Assembly (NCBI GenBank): GCA_013416795.1
Contig: RQSC01001216.1
Span: 1 to 7,167 of the forward strand
Direction: 5' to 3'
From: Prasinococcaceae sp. CCMP 1430
Taxonomy: Eukaryota; Plantae; Prasinodermophyta
DNA: 7,167 nt
Under the pieces are notes generated by a model. The model ran no database searches, was not told the DNA's origin, and saw only the letters and a list, made by a program, of their open reading frames with translations. Below are positions 1 through 6,917 of this stretch, one piece after another. The translations under genes were made by a program, and so were the position numbers. Each line of letters starts with the position of its first letter. Within the stretch, counting starts at the first letter, position 1.

Positions 1-2
1 TA

Positions 3-563
3 CTTCATTTTTTAAATGGAAAAAAAGGTTATATTTTATATCCAAAAGGATTAACTATAGGAAGTATAATTCAAACAGGATTAGATGTTCCTATTGAAAC
101 AGGCAATGCATTACCGTTAAAAAATATTCCGTTGGCAACAGAAATACATAATATTGAATTGATTCCAGGTCGTGGTGGACAATTAGTACGAGCAGCTGGT
201 GTATATGCTCAAGTTCTAGCTAAAGATGAAAACTTTGTTACTATAAGATTACCCTCTGGAGAAATGCGATTGATCAATAAAAATTGTTACGCAACTATTG
301 GTCAAATAGGTAATGATGATATTATAAATACTACAATAGGAAAAGCCGGTAGAAATCGCTGGAAAGGTATTCGACCAACCGTAAGAGGTGTTGTAATGAA
401 TCCAGTAGACCACCCTCATGGTGGTGGCGAAGGAAGAAGCCCAATAGGTAGAGCAACACCTGTAACCCCTTGGGGCAAACCTGCTTTTGGACAAAAAACA
501 CGCAAACGTTTCAGATATAGTAATAACTTGATTTTAAGAAGACGTAAATCTTTTAAAAATTAG
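3..563 (+). CDS. rpl2: 50S ribosomal protein L2, C-terminal part (gene starts upstream of the window)
   Basis: Frame is open from position 3 ([17 protein letters not shown]...[11 protein letters not shown]) to TAG at 561-563. The track's TTG start at 132 is internal. It contains the L2 signature [32 protein letters not shown]. Confidence 0.98.
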   Translation, partial: LHFLNGKKGYILYPKGLTIGSIIQTGLDVPIETGNALPLKNIPLATEIHNIELIPGRGGQLVRAAGVYAQVLAKDENFVTIRLPSGEMRLINKNCYATIGQIGNDDIINTTIGKAGRNRWKGIRPTVRGVVMNPVDHPHGGGEGRSPIGRATPVTPWGKPAFGQKTRKRFRYSNNLILRRRKSFKN

Positions 564-624
564 TTATTGTTAGAAAACAAGTAAATGTTAAAATTTTTAA
601 ATAAATTATTTATCGAAAAAATCT

Positions 625-903
625 ATGGCACGTTCATTAAAAAAAGGGCCTTTTATTGCTCATCATTTGTTAAAAAAAATAGAATCTTTAGATAAACTAG
701 AAAAAAAAGATGTCATAAAAACATGGTCTAGATCTTCGACGATCCTACCTCTAATGATAGGACACACTTTTGCAGTACATAACGGTCGTCAGCATATCCC
801 TGTATTTGTTACAGACCAAATGGTAGGTCATAAATTAGGAGAATTTGCACCAACTCGAAATTCTAGAGGTCATATAAAAACAGATAAAAAAACACGTCGT
901 TAA
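625..903 (+). CDS. rps19: 30S ribosomal protein S19
   Basis: [11 protein letters not shown]...[10 protein letters not shown]...[28 protein letters not shown] is the S19 signature; expected position after rpl2. Confidence 0.98.
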   Translation: MARSLKKGPFIAHHLLKKIESLDKLEKKDVIKTWSRSSTILPLMIGHTFAVHNGRQHIPVFVTDQMVGHKLGEFAPTRNSRGHIKTDKKTRR

Positions 904-919
904 AAAATAAACAATTAAT

Positions 920-1264
920 ATGAAAACAGAAATTAAAGCAACCGCTAAATATGTTAGGGTTTCAGCTCAAAAAATTCGACGCATTCTTGATATAATTCGG
1001 GGACGAACTTATCGAGAAGCTTTAATGTTATTAGAATATTTGCCTTATAAACATTGCAAATTAATATTAAAATTATTAAAATCTGCAGCTGCTAATGCTG
1101 AATTTTTACAAAAAGACATAGATCCAGCACAATTACAAATTAGTAGTGTTTTTGCAGATCATGCCGGTATTATAAAAAGAGCAAGACCTCGAGCACAAGG
1201 TAGAGCTTACGCAATTAAAAAATGTTATTCCAGTGTAACTATTTATTTAAAAAAAATAGAATAA
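920..1264 (+). CDS. rpl22: 50S ribosomal protein L22 (relatively diverged)
   Basis: Motifs AKYVRVS..KIRRILD.IRG, LKSAAANA and RPRAQGRA; position between rps19 and rps3. Confidence 0.96.
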   Translation: MKTEIKATAKYVRVSAQKIRRILDIIRGRTYREALMLLEYLPYKHCKLILKLLKSAAANAEFLQKDIDPAQLQISSVFADHAGIIKRARPRAQGRAYAIKKCYSSVTIYLKKIE

Positions 1265-1323
1265 TTTTTCTATTTCAACATAAATTTTTTATTTTAAATT
1301 TTGATTAAAAAAGGTATTTTTCT

Positions 1324-1974
1324 GTGGGACAAAAAATAAATCCTATTGGTTTTCGTATTGGTATTACACAAAAACATCGTTCAAATTGGTTTGCACCAAA
1401 AAAACAATATTCAATGTTTTTACAAGAAGATTATAAAATTCGTCAATTTTTAAAAAATCATTTAAAAAAAGCACGAATTGCAGATGTATATATACATCGA
1501 AAAACAAATCAAATCGAACTTGATATAAGAACAGCAAGACCTGGCCTAATTATTGGGCGTGCAGGAGCACAAATAAAACAATTAAAAGAAAATATAGCTT
1601 CATTACTTGACAGAGAACAACAAATTCGAATAAATGTAATTGAAATAAAACAAGTTGAAACAGAAGCCGCACTTATTGCAAATTATATAGTAGAAAAATT
1701 AGAAAGTCGAAAATCTTTTCGCCTTGTTGTTCGAAAAGCAATCAGCAGAGTACAGAAAGCAGGCATCAAAGGAATTAAAATTCAGGTTTCTGGACGATTA
1801 AATGGTGCCGAAATTGCACGAAGTGAGTGGTCACGGGAAGGAAGAGTACCACTGCAAACATTAAGAGCAAATATTGATTATTCTTATCAGATAGCACAAA
1901 CTATTTATGGTGTTTTAGGCATAAAAGTTTGGTTATTTAAAGGTGAAATTTCTCCAATTAATAAATCGCATTAA
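1324..1974 (+). CDS. rps3: 30S ribosomal protein S3 (GTG start)
   Basis: [14 protein letters not shown]-terminus and [38 protein letters not shown] at 1324-1326 with AAGGT at 1311-1315. Confidence 0.98.
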   Translation: MGQKINPIGFRIGITQKHRSNWFAPKKQYSMFLQEDYKIRQFLKNHLKKARIADVYIHRKTNQIELDIRTARPGLIIGRAGAQIKQLKENIASLLDREQQIRINVIEIKQVETEAALIANYIVEKLESRKSFRLVVRKAISRVQKAGIKGIKIQVSGRLNGAEIARSEWSREGRVPLQTLRANIDYSYQIAQTIYGVLGIKVWLFKGEISPINKSH

Positions 1975-2016
1975 ATTAAACTAAAAAAAATATACTTATA
2001 AAAAAGAGAAATTAAA

Positions 2017-2442
2017 ATGTTAAGTCCTAGAAGAACAAAATATCGTAAACAACAAAGAGGAAGAATGCGCGGCACTGCTTCCAGAGGAAATTCATTAGTA
2101 TTTGGTGAATTTGGATTACAAAGTCTTGAACCAGCTTGGATAACCGCAAGACAAATAGAAGCAAGTAGAAGAGCTATTAGTAGATATATTCGTAGAGGCG
2201 GAAAAATTTGGATTCGTATATTCCCAGATAAACCCGTTACAATGCGCGCTGCAGAATCACGTATGGGTTCAGGAAAAGGAACACCTGAGTATTGGGTTGC
2301 TGTTGTTAAACCAGGACATATACTTTTTGAAATTTTAGGGGTACCCCATGATGTGGCAAAAGCAGCAATGCGAATTGCAGCTTATAAAATGCCTATAAAA
2401 ACAAAATTTATTTCTAAAGAAATAATTTCTGCTACAGAATAA
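2017..2442 (+). CDS. rpl16: 50S ribosomal protein L16
   Basis: [17 protein letters not shown] and [28 protein letters not shown] motifs; no intron. Confidence 0.98.
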   Translation: MLSPRRTKYRKQQRGRMRGTASRGNSLVFGEFGLQSLEPAWITARQIEASRRAISRYIRRGGKIWIRIFPDKPVTMRAAESRMGSGKGTPEYWVAVVKPGHILFEILGVPHDVAKAAMRIAAYKMPIKTKFISKEIISATE

Positions 2443-2479
2443 TTATTCTTATTAATTTTTATTTAAACAATTAAAATTT

Positions 2480-2734
2480 ATGACACTAAAAGAAAGAGTC
2501 GGTGTAGTTATCAGCAATATGATGAATAAAACAGTGGTTGTTGCTGTTGATAATCGAGTTGCTCATCCAAAATATAAAAAAATAATAGTTCGAACAAAAA
2601 AATATAAAGCGCATGATGACGATAATAGTTGTAAAATAGGTGATTTTGTAAAAATTTGTGAAAGTCGACCTTTAAGTAAAACAAAACATTGGGTTGTTTC
2701 TGAAATTTTATCTTCTACCAAAACAACTAATTAA
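2480..2734 (+). CDS. rps17: 30S ribosomal protein S17
   Basis: G.V.S..M.KTVVVAV...[18 protein letters not shown] and [12 protein letters not shown] motifs. Confidence 0.97.
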   Translation: MTLKERVGVVISNMMNKTVVVAVDNRVAHPKYKKIIVRTKKYKAHDDDNSCKIGDFVKICESRPLSKTKHWVVSEILSSTKTTN

Positions 2735-2765
2735 AAAAAAAATTTAACAAAAGGAATTATTAAAA

Positions 2766-3134
2766 ATGATTCAACCACAAACATATTTAACTGCTGCAGA
2801 TAATAGCGGTGCAAGAAAATTAATGTGTATTCGAGTGTTAGGTAGTGGTAGTCCTAAATATGCAGGAATAGGGGATATTATTGTTGCTGTAGTTAAAGAA
2901 GCATTACCTAACATGCCTGTAAAAAAATCTGATGTTGTTAAAGCTGTGATAGTTAGAACAAAAAAAGGATTACAAAGAGACAATGGTATGAGTATTCGTT
3001 TTGACGATAACGCAGCAGTAATTATAAACGCAGATAATAATCCAAAAGGTACACGTGTATTTGGACCTGTTGCAAGAGAATTAAGAGAAAAAAATTTTAC
3101 AAAAATAATTTCATTAGCTCCTGAAGTTTTGTAA
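2766..3134 (+). CDS. rpl14: 50S ribosomal protein L14
   Basis: [37 protein letters not shown] and SLAPEVL motifs; AAGGA at 2751-2755. Confidence 0.98.
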   Translation: MIQPQTYLTAADNSGARKLMCIRVLGSGSPKYAGIGDIIVAVVKEALPNMPVKKSDVVKAVIVRTKKGLQRDNGMSIRFDDNAAVIINADNNPKGTRVFGPVARELREKNFTKIISLAPEVL

Positions 3135-3166
3135 AAATTTTAAATAAACATAAATTATTTTTGATT

Positions 3167-3170
3167 GGAG
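3167..3170 (+). promoter_or_regulatory. Shine-Dalgarno site of rpl5
   Basis: GGAG lies 9 nt upstream of ATG 3180. Confidence 0.65.
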
Positions 3171-3179
3171 AAAAAAAGT

Positions 3180-3725
3180 ATGGTTCAAAGATTAAAAACG
3201 GCCTACGAGCAAAAAGTAGCTCCTAAACTAATAGAAACTTTTAAATACAAAAACGTTCATGAAGTGCCGAAAATCAAAAAAATAACAATAAATCGTGGAT
3301 TGGGTGATAATGCTCAAAATACAAAAATTTTTGAAACTTCAAGTAAAGAATTAACCATTATTACAGGACAAAAAACTTTAATTACTCGAGCAAAAAAAGC
3401 AATTGCTGGTTTTAAATTAAGACAAGGGATGCCGGTTGGTTTATTAGTTACTTTACGTAATGAGTATATGTATGCTTTTTTAGATAGATTAATAAATTTA
3501 GCTTTACCTCGAATACGAGATTTTCGTGGAATTAGTTCCAAAAGTTTTGATCGACGTGGTAACTACAATTTAGGTTTAAAAGAACAATTAATATTTCCGG
3601 AAATTGATTATGATAAAATCGAACAAATTCGCGGTATGGATATTGCTATTACAACAACAGCAAAAACAGATGAAGAAGCGTTAATTTTATTAAAATTATT
3701 TGATATGCCTTTTGCAGAAAAATAA
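3180..3725 (+). CDS. rpl5: 50S ribosomal protein L5
   Basis: [19 protein letters not shown]...[19 protein letters not shown] and IFPEIDYD motifs. Start moved from the track's TTG (3165) to ATG at 3180, because GGAG at 3167-3170 fits as its Shine-Dalgarno site and gives a typical 181-aa L5. Confidence 0.97.
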   Translation: MVQRLKTAYEQKVAPKLIETFKYKNVHEVPKIKKITINRGLGDNAQNTKIFETSSKELTIITGQKTLITRAKKAIAGFKLRQGMPVGLLVTLRNEYMYAFLDRLINLALPRIRDFRGISSKSFDRRGNYNLGLKEQLIFPEIDYDKIEQIRGMDIAITTTAKTDEEALILLKLFDMPFAEK

Positions 3726-3747
3726 AAACCGTATTTTTTATAAAGTA

Positions 3748-3754
3748 AAGGAGG
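3748..3754 (+). promoter_or_regulatory. Shine-Dalgarno site of rps8
   Basis: AAGGAGG ends 4 nt before the GTG start; it is the strongest SD match in the window. Confidence 0.8.
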
Positions 3755-3758
3755 AATA

Positions 3759-4160
3759 GTGGTAAACGATACTATTGCTGATATGTTAACACGTATTAGA
3801 AATGCTAATTTAGCAAAACATGAAATTGTATGTGTTAAAGCAACCAAAATTAATATTCGTATTATAGAAGTTTTAAAAGAAGAAGGATTTATACAAACTT
3901 TTGAACAAATAGAAAAAACACAGTATAGTCCAGAATTACTAATTAAACTTAAATATAAAGGAAATAAAAGACAACCAGTAATAACTGCTCTCAAAAGAAT
4001 AAGTAAACCTGGCTTAAAAATTTATGCTCAAAATAAAAATTTACCTAAAGTTTTGGGTGGTTTAGGTACTGCCATAATTTCAACTTCCGCAGGAATTATG
4101 ACAGATAAAAAAGCAAGAGTTTCAGGTTATGGTGGCGAAATTATATGCTATATTTGGTAA
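3759..4160 (+). CDS. rps8: 30S ribosomal protein S8 (GTG start)
   Basis: [38 protein letters not shown] and GGEIICYIW motifs; AAGGAGG at 3748-3754. Confidence 0.98.
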   Translation: MVNDTIADMLTRIRNANLAKHEIVCVKATKINIRIIEVLKEEGFIQTFEQIEKTQYSPELLIKLKYKGNKRQPVITALKRISKPGLKIYAQNKNLPKVLGGLGTAIISTSAGIMTDKKARVSGYGGEIICYIW

Positions 4161-4173
4161 TTTTAGGTGAAAT

Positions 4174-4713
4174 ATGTCTCGTATAGGTAAACAATCAATT
4201 TTTATCCCAAAAGAAGTAACAATTAATTTAAATAATCAAACAATTTTTGTTAAAGGACCACAAGGAGAGATATCAAAAAAACTTCCTTTTTTGATTACAG
4301 TTACACAAGAAAATGATTATCTTTTTGTTCAACGCACAAATGATTCGTTAATTGCTCGTCAAAATCATGGTTTATATCGAACTTTAATATCAAATTTAAT
4401 TACAGGTGTTTCGAGCGTTTTCGAAAAACGTTTAGAATTACGTGGAGTTGGGTACAGAGCACAAATGGATGGAACAAAATTAATTTTAAATGTTGGTTTT
4501 AGTCATCCAGTTGAGATTGTACCTCCAGAAGGTATAACTATTGCTGTTGAAAATAACACTAATGTTATTGTTAAAGGAATTAATAAAGAACTTGTTGGTA
4601 AACTCGCTTCACAAATAAGATCAATTAGATCTCCGGAACCTTATAAAGGTAAAGGGATTCGTTATTTTGGAGAAATTGTAAAACGTAAAGTAGGAAAAAC
4701 AGGTAAAAAATAA
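4174..4713 (+). CDS. rpl6: 50S ribosomal protein L6
   Basis: MSRIGKQ, HGLYRTLI, LELRGVGYRA, GFSHPV and PEPYKGKGIRY motifs; AGGTGA at 4165-4170. Confidence 0.98.
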   Translation: MSRIGKQSIFIPKEVTINLNNQTIFVKGPQGEISKKLPFLITVTQENDYLFVQRTNDSLIARQNHGLYRTLISNLITGVSSVFEKRLELRGVGYRAQMDGTKLILNVGFSHPVEIVPPEGITIAVENNTNVIVKGINKELVGKLASQIRSIRSPEPYKGKGIRYFGEIVKRKVGKTGKK

Positions 4714-4716
4714 ATT

Positions 4717-5082
4717 ATGACATTAACAAGTAAAAAAGCAACACAACGTAGACATTTGCGTGTACGCCGTAAAGTGTTTGGAACAACTACTCGTCCACGA
4801 TTAGCTGTTTTTCGTTCTCATCAACATATTTATGTTCAACTTATAGACGATACACAACATAAAACATTAGCAGCAAGTTCTACAGTAGAGAAAATTTTTA
4901 AAGAACAAAATATTTCGGCAACAGCTACTTGCGAAGCTTCAGCAATAATTGGTAAATTAATTGCTCAAAAATCCATTGAAAAAGGTATAAAAAAAGTTGT
5001 TTTTGATCGTGGAGGTAATCTATACCATGGTCGAATTAAAGCATTAGCTGAAGCTGCGAGAGAGGCAGGTCTTGATTTTTAA
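4717..5082 (+). CDS. rpl18: 50S ribosomal protein L18
   Basis: [20 protein letters not shown] and [28 protein letters not shown] motifs; ATG 3 nt after the rpl6 stop. Confidence 0.98.
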   Translation: MTLTSKKATQRRHLRVRRKVFGTTTRPRLAVFRSHQHIYVQLIDDTQHKTLAASSTVEKIFKEQNISATATCEASAIIGKLIAQKSIEKGIKKVVFDRGGNLYHGRIKALAEAAREAGLDF

Positions 5083-5112
5083 AAATAATTATATATATAA
5101 ATAAGGAAAAAT

Positions 5113-5598
5113 ATGGCTAATCGCAATAAAAGAAAACAAATTAGCTTACAAGAAAGGGTAATTCAAATACGTCGTGTTACAAAAGTGGTAAAGGGTGGAA
5201 AAAAACTAAGTTTCCGTGCAATTGTAGTTGTTGGTAACGAAAAAGGGCAAGTAGGCGTTGGCGTAGGTAAAGCTAGCGATGTTATAGGTGCAGTTAAAAA
5301 AGGTGTTGCCGATGGAAAAAAACATTTTATTAAAGTACCTTTGACAAAATCATTTTCAATACCTCATCCTATCGAAGGAGTAGGGGGTGCTTCAAAAGTT
5401 ATCATGCGCCCTTCCTCTGAAGGTACTGGAGTTATTGCCGGTGGTGCCGTTCGAACTGTTTTAGAATTAGCTGGAATTAAAAATGTTTTAGCAAAACAAT
5501 TAGGATCTAATAATTCTTTAAATAATGCGCGTGCTGCGATTAATGCCTTATCACGTTTAAAAACTTATTCTAACTATTTAAAAAATAAAATTTCCTAA
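5113..5598 (+). CDS. rps5: 30S ribosomal protein S5
   Basis: [33 protein letters not shown] and [19 protein letters not shown] motifs (cyanobacterial/plastid type); AAGGA at 5103-5107. Confidence 0.98.
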   Translation: MANRNKRKQISLQERVIQIRRVTKVVKGGKKLSFRAIVVVGNEKGQVGVGVGKASDVIGAVKKGVADGKKHFIKVPLTKSFSIPHPIEGVGGASKVIMRPSSEGTGVIAGGAVRTVLELAGIKNVLAKQLGSNNSLNNARAAINALSRLKTYSNYLKNKIS

Positions 5599-5621
5599 AA
5601 AAATAAAATTTCCTAAAAAAA
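5580..5621. repeat. Perfect 18-bp tandem duplication (AAAAATAAAATTTCCTAA x2, about 2.3 copies) spanning the rps5 stop codon
   Basis: 5581-5598 is identical to 5599-5616; the periodicity extends from 5580 to 5621. Confidence 0.95.
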
Positions 5622-5649
5622 ACACTCTTTTTAGGAAATTTTATTTTTT
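5598..5649 (+). terminator. Long inverted repeat at the 3' end of the ribosomal operon (putative terminator or RNA 3'-processing/stability stem-loop)
   Basis: 5598-5619 (AAAAAATAAAATTTCCTAAAAA) is the perfect reverse complement of 5628-5649, giving a 22-bp stem with an 8-nt loop and a U-rich 3' arm immediately after rps5. The function is inferred from typical plastid operon 3' ends. Confidence 0.6.
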
Positions 5650-5753
5650 ATTACTCAATTTTGTTGAGATTTTAAAAATAAAAATCTTTTTTTATTTTTT
5701 AAATTTATTTTTATATACTATTTATAATTATTTTTCAAAAAACAAATTTTTAT

Positions 5754-6917
5754 ATGTACGCAAAATTTTTAAGTCTTATAACATTATGGTTTTGTACAGG
5801 TACAGCCATCGCAATTTATTGGTTTTTGTCAAATAAAGAAGTTCCAAAAAGGGTTGCCATTACTTTTTTAATTTTGATTTTATTAAGATTTGGAACTTTT
5901 ATTCCTATACCTGGAATATATCTCAACACCGATGCTAGATTAGATGAATCTAATAATAATATTTTTTTGATTCTTGATATGTTATCTGGTGGAAATTTTT
6001 TTCAAATAACTATCTTCAGTTTAAATATTTTACCTTTTTTAAATGCAAATATAATTGTTCAAGCACTTACTTATTGTATACCTTCGATAAAAGAATTACA
6101 AGATGAAGGTGGGCCGGGATCACGTGTTATTTCTTATTTGTTAAAACAAATAACGTTATTTATTTCGATTGCCTATAGTCTTGCGCTTTGTTTTTTTTGG
6201 GTTCGTCCTTTAATTCCTGACTTTAATTTATTTATATGTTTTAAAATTATTTTAGGTTTAACTACAGGTTCGATGATATCACTTTGGACAGCAAATTATA
6301 TGTCGTGTTATGGAATCGGGAACCCAACTTTAATTTTATTATCTAATTTATTATATAAAGAAAGTATTCAACTGTATAGCATGTTTCAAACAGGACTTAT
6401 ACTAAAATTTTTATTTGTTTTTTTTATTTTTTTAATTATGTTATTGTTTATGATTGCATTGCAACAATGTACTAGACAATTTACTTTTGTACATCCTCGA
6501 CAATTTGAATGCGATCCTTTAATTGCAGCAAAATATAACAAATTAAAAGTACCTTTATTACCAAATGGTGTAACTCCTATCGTGTTTACAACAGTTATGT
6601 TAGATATTGTTGTTCCTTCTTTTTTTAATTTTTTAATTAGTAAAGAAATTTTTGGATATCAAATTTTAAAAACAATAGGATCTTATGTTATCGTACATGA
6701 TCTTTTTTATGTATTTTGTATAATTTTTGCAAGTTATTTATATGCACCAACAGCTATGTCAAATCCAGAAAATATTTCAAAAACTTTAAATGAAGGAGGC
6801 TTTGCTATACAAGGTGTTATTCCTGGTAAAAAAACAGAAAAATATTTAAAAAAAATTATGGATAAAATGATACCTGTATCAATGTGTTTGGACCTTGCAC
6901 TTAGCACAAGATCCTGA
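5754..6917 (+). CDS. secY: Preprotein translocase SecY, diverged and 3'-truncated (SecY-derived to about codon 369-373; last 14 aa and TGA come from antisense retroelement sequence; TM9-TM10 missing)
   Basis: KRV..TFLILILLRFGTFIPIPGI (TM1), DMLSGG..IFSLNILP (plug/TM2), GIGN (TM4-5 loop), GVTPIVF (TM7) and NPENIS..L...G..IQGV.PGK.T (C5 loop); expected position after rps5. Similarity stops at about 6860-6872. This is the only TGA stop in the window; the other genes have 11 TAA and 1 TAG. Confidence 0.9.
   Translation: MYAKFLSLITLWFCTGTAIAIYWFLSNKEVPKRVAITFLILILLRFGTFIPIPGIYLNTDARLDESNNNIFLILDMLSGGNFFQITIFSLNILPFLNANIIVQALTYCIPSIKELQDEGGPGSRVISYLLKQITLFISIAYSLALCFFWVRPLIPDFNLFICFKIILGLTTGSMISLWTANYMSCYGIGNPTLILLSNLLYKESIQLYSMFQTGLILKFLFVFFIFLIMLLFMIALQQCTRQFTFVHPRQFECDPLIAAKYNKLKVPLLPNGVTPIVFTTVMLDIVVPSFFNFLISKEIFGYQILKTIGSYVIVHDLFYVFCIIFASYLYAPTAMSNPENISKTLNEGGFAIQGVIPGKKTEKYLKKIMDKMIPVSMCLDLALSTRS

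Noticed and set aside
132-134. TTG start for rpl2 proposed by the ORF track
   Set aside because: The frame is open and L2-like from position 3; the gene begins upstream of the window.
249-494. Minus-strand 81-aa ORF
   Set aside because: Antisense shadow of rpl2 with no recognisable motif.
1324-1326. GTG starts of rps3 (and rps8 at 3759)
   Set aside because: Non-ATG starts for these genes are ordinary in cyanobacteria and algal plastids.
2771-2983. Minus-strand 70-aa ORF
   Set aside because: Antisense shadow of rpl14.
3165-3179. TTG start and MEKKS extension of rpl5
   Set aside because: It overlaps the GGAG SD site; ATG 3180 gives the canonical L5 N-terminus.
3314-3541. Minus-strand 75-aa ORF
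   Set aside because: Antisense shadow of rpl5.
3726-3758. Absence of rps14 between rpl5 and rps8
   Set aside because: This is the ancestral cyanobacterial state and not a novel loss.
3608-3994. Minus-strand 128-aa ORF
   Set aside because: Antisense to rpl5/rps8; its hydrophobicity simply mirrors A-rich sense codons.
5654-5703. Small hairpins (CTCAA/TTGAG, AGATTTT/AAAATCT, and A/T-run stems)
   Set aside because: Short stems are expected by chance in about 90% AT spacer DNA.
5690-5730. Possible secY promoter (TATACT 5714-5719, TATAAT 5723-5728)
   Set aside because: No credible -35 box at the right spacing, and such hexamers are common in AT-rich DNA.
6873-6917. Novel SecY C-terminus PVSMCLDLALSTRS
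   Set aside because: It is read-through into antisense copia sequence, not a genuine SecY tail.
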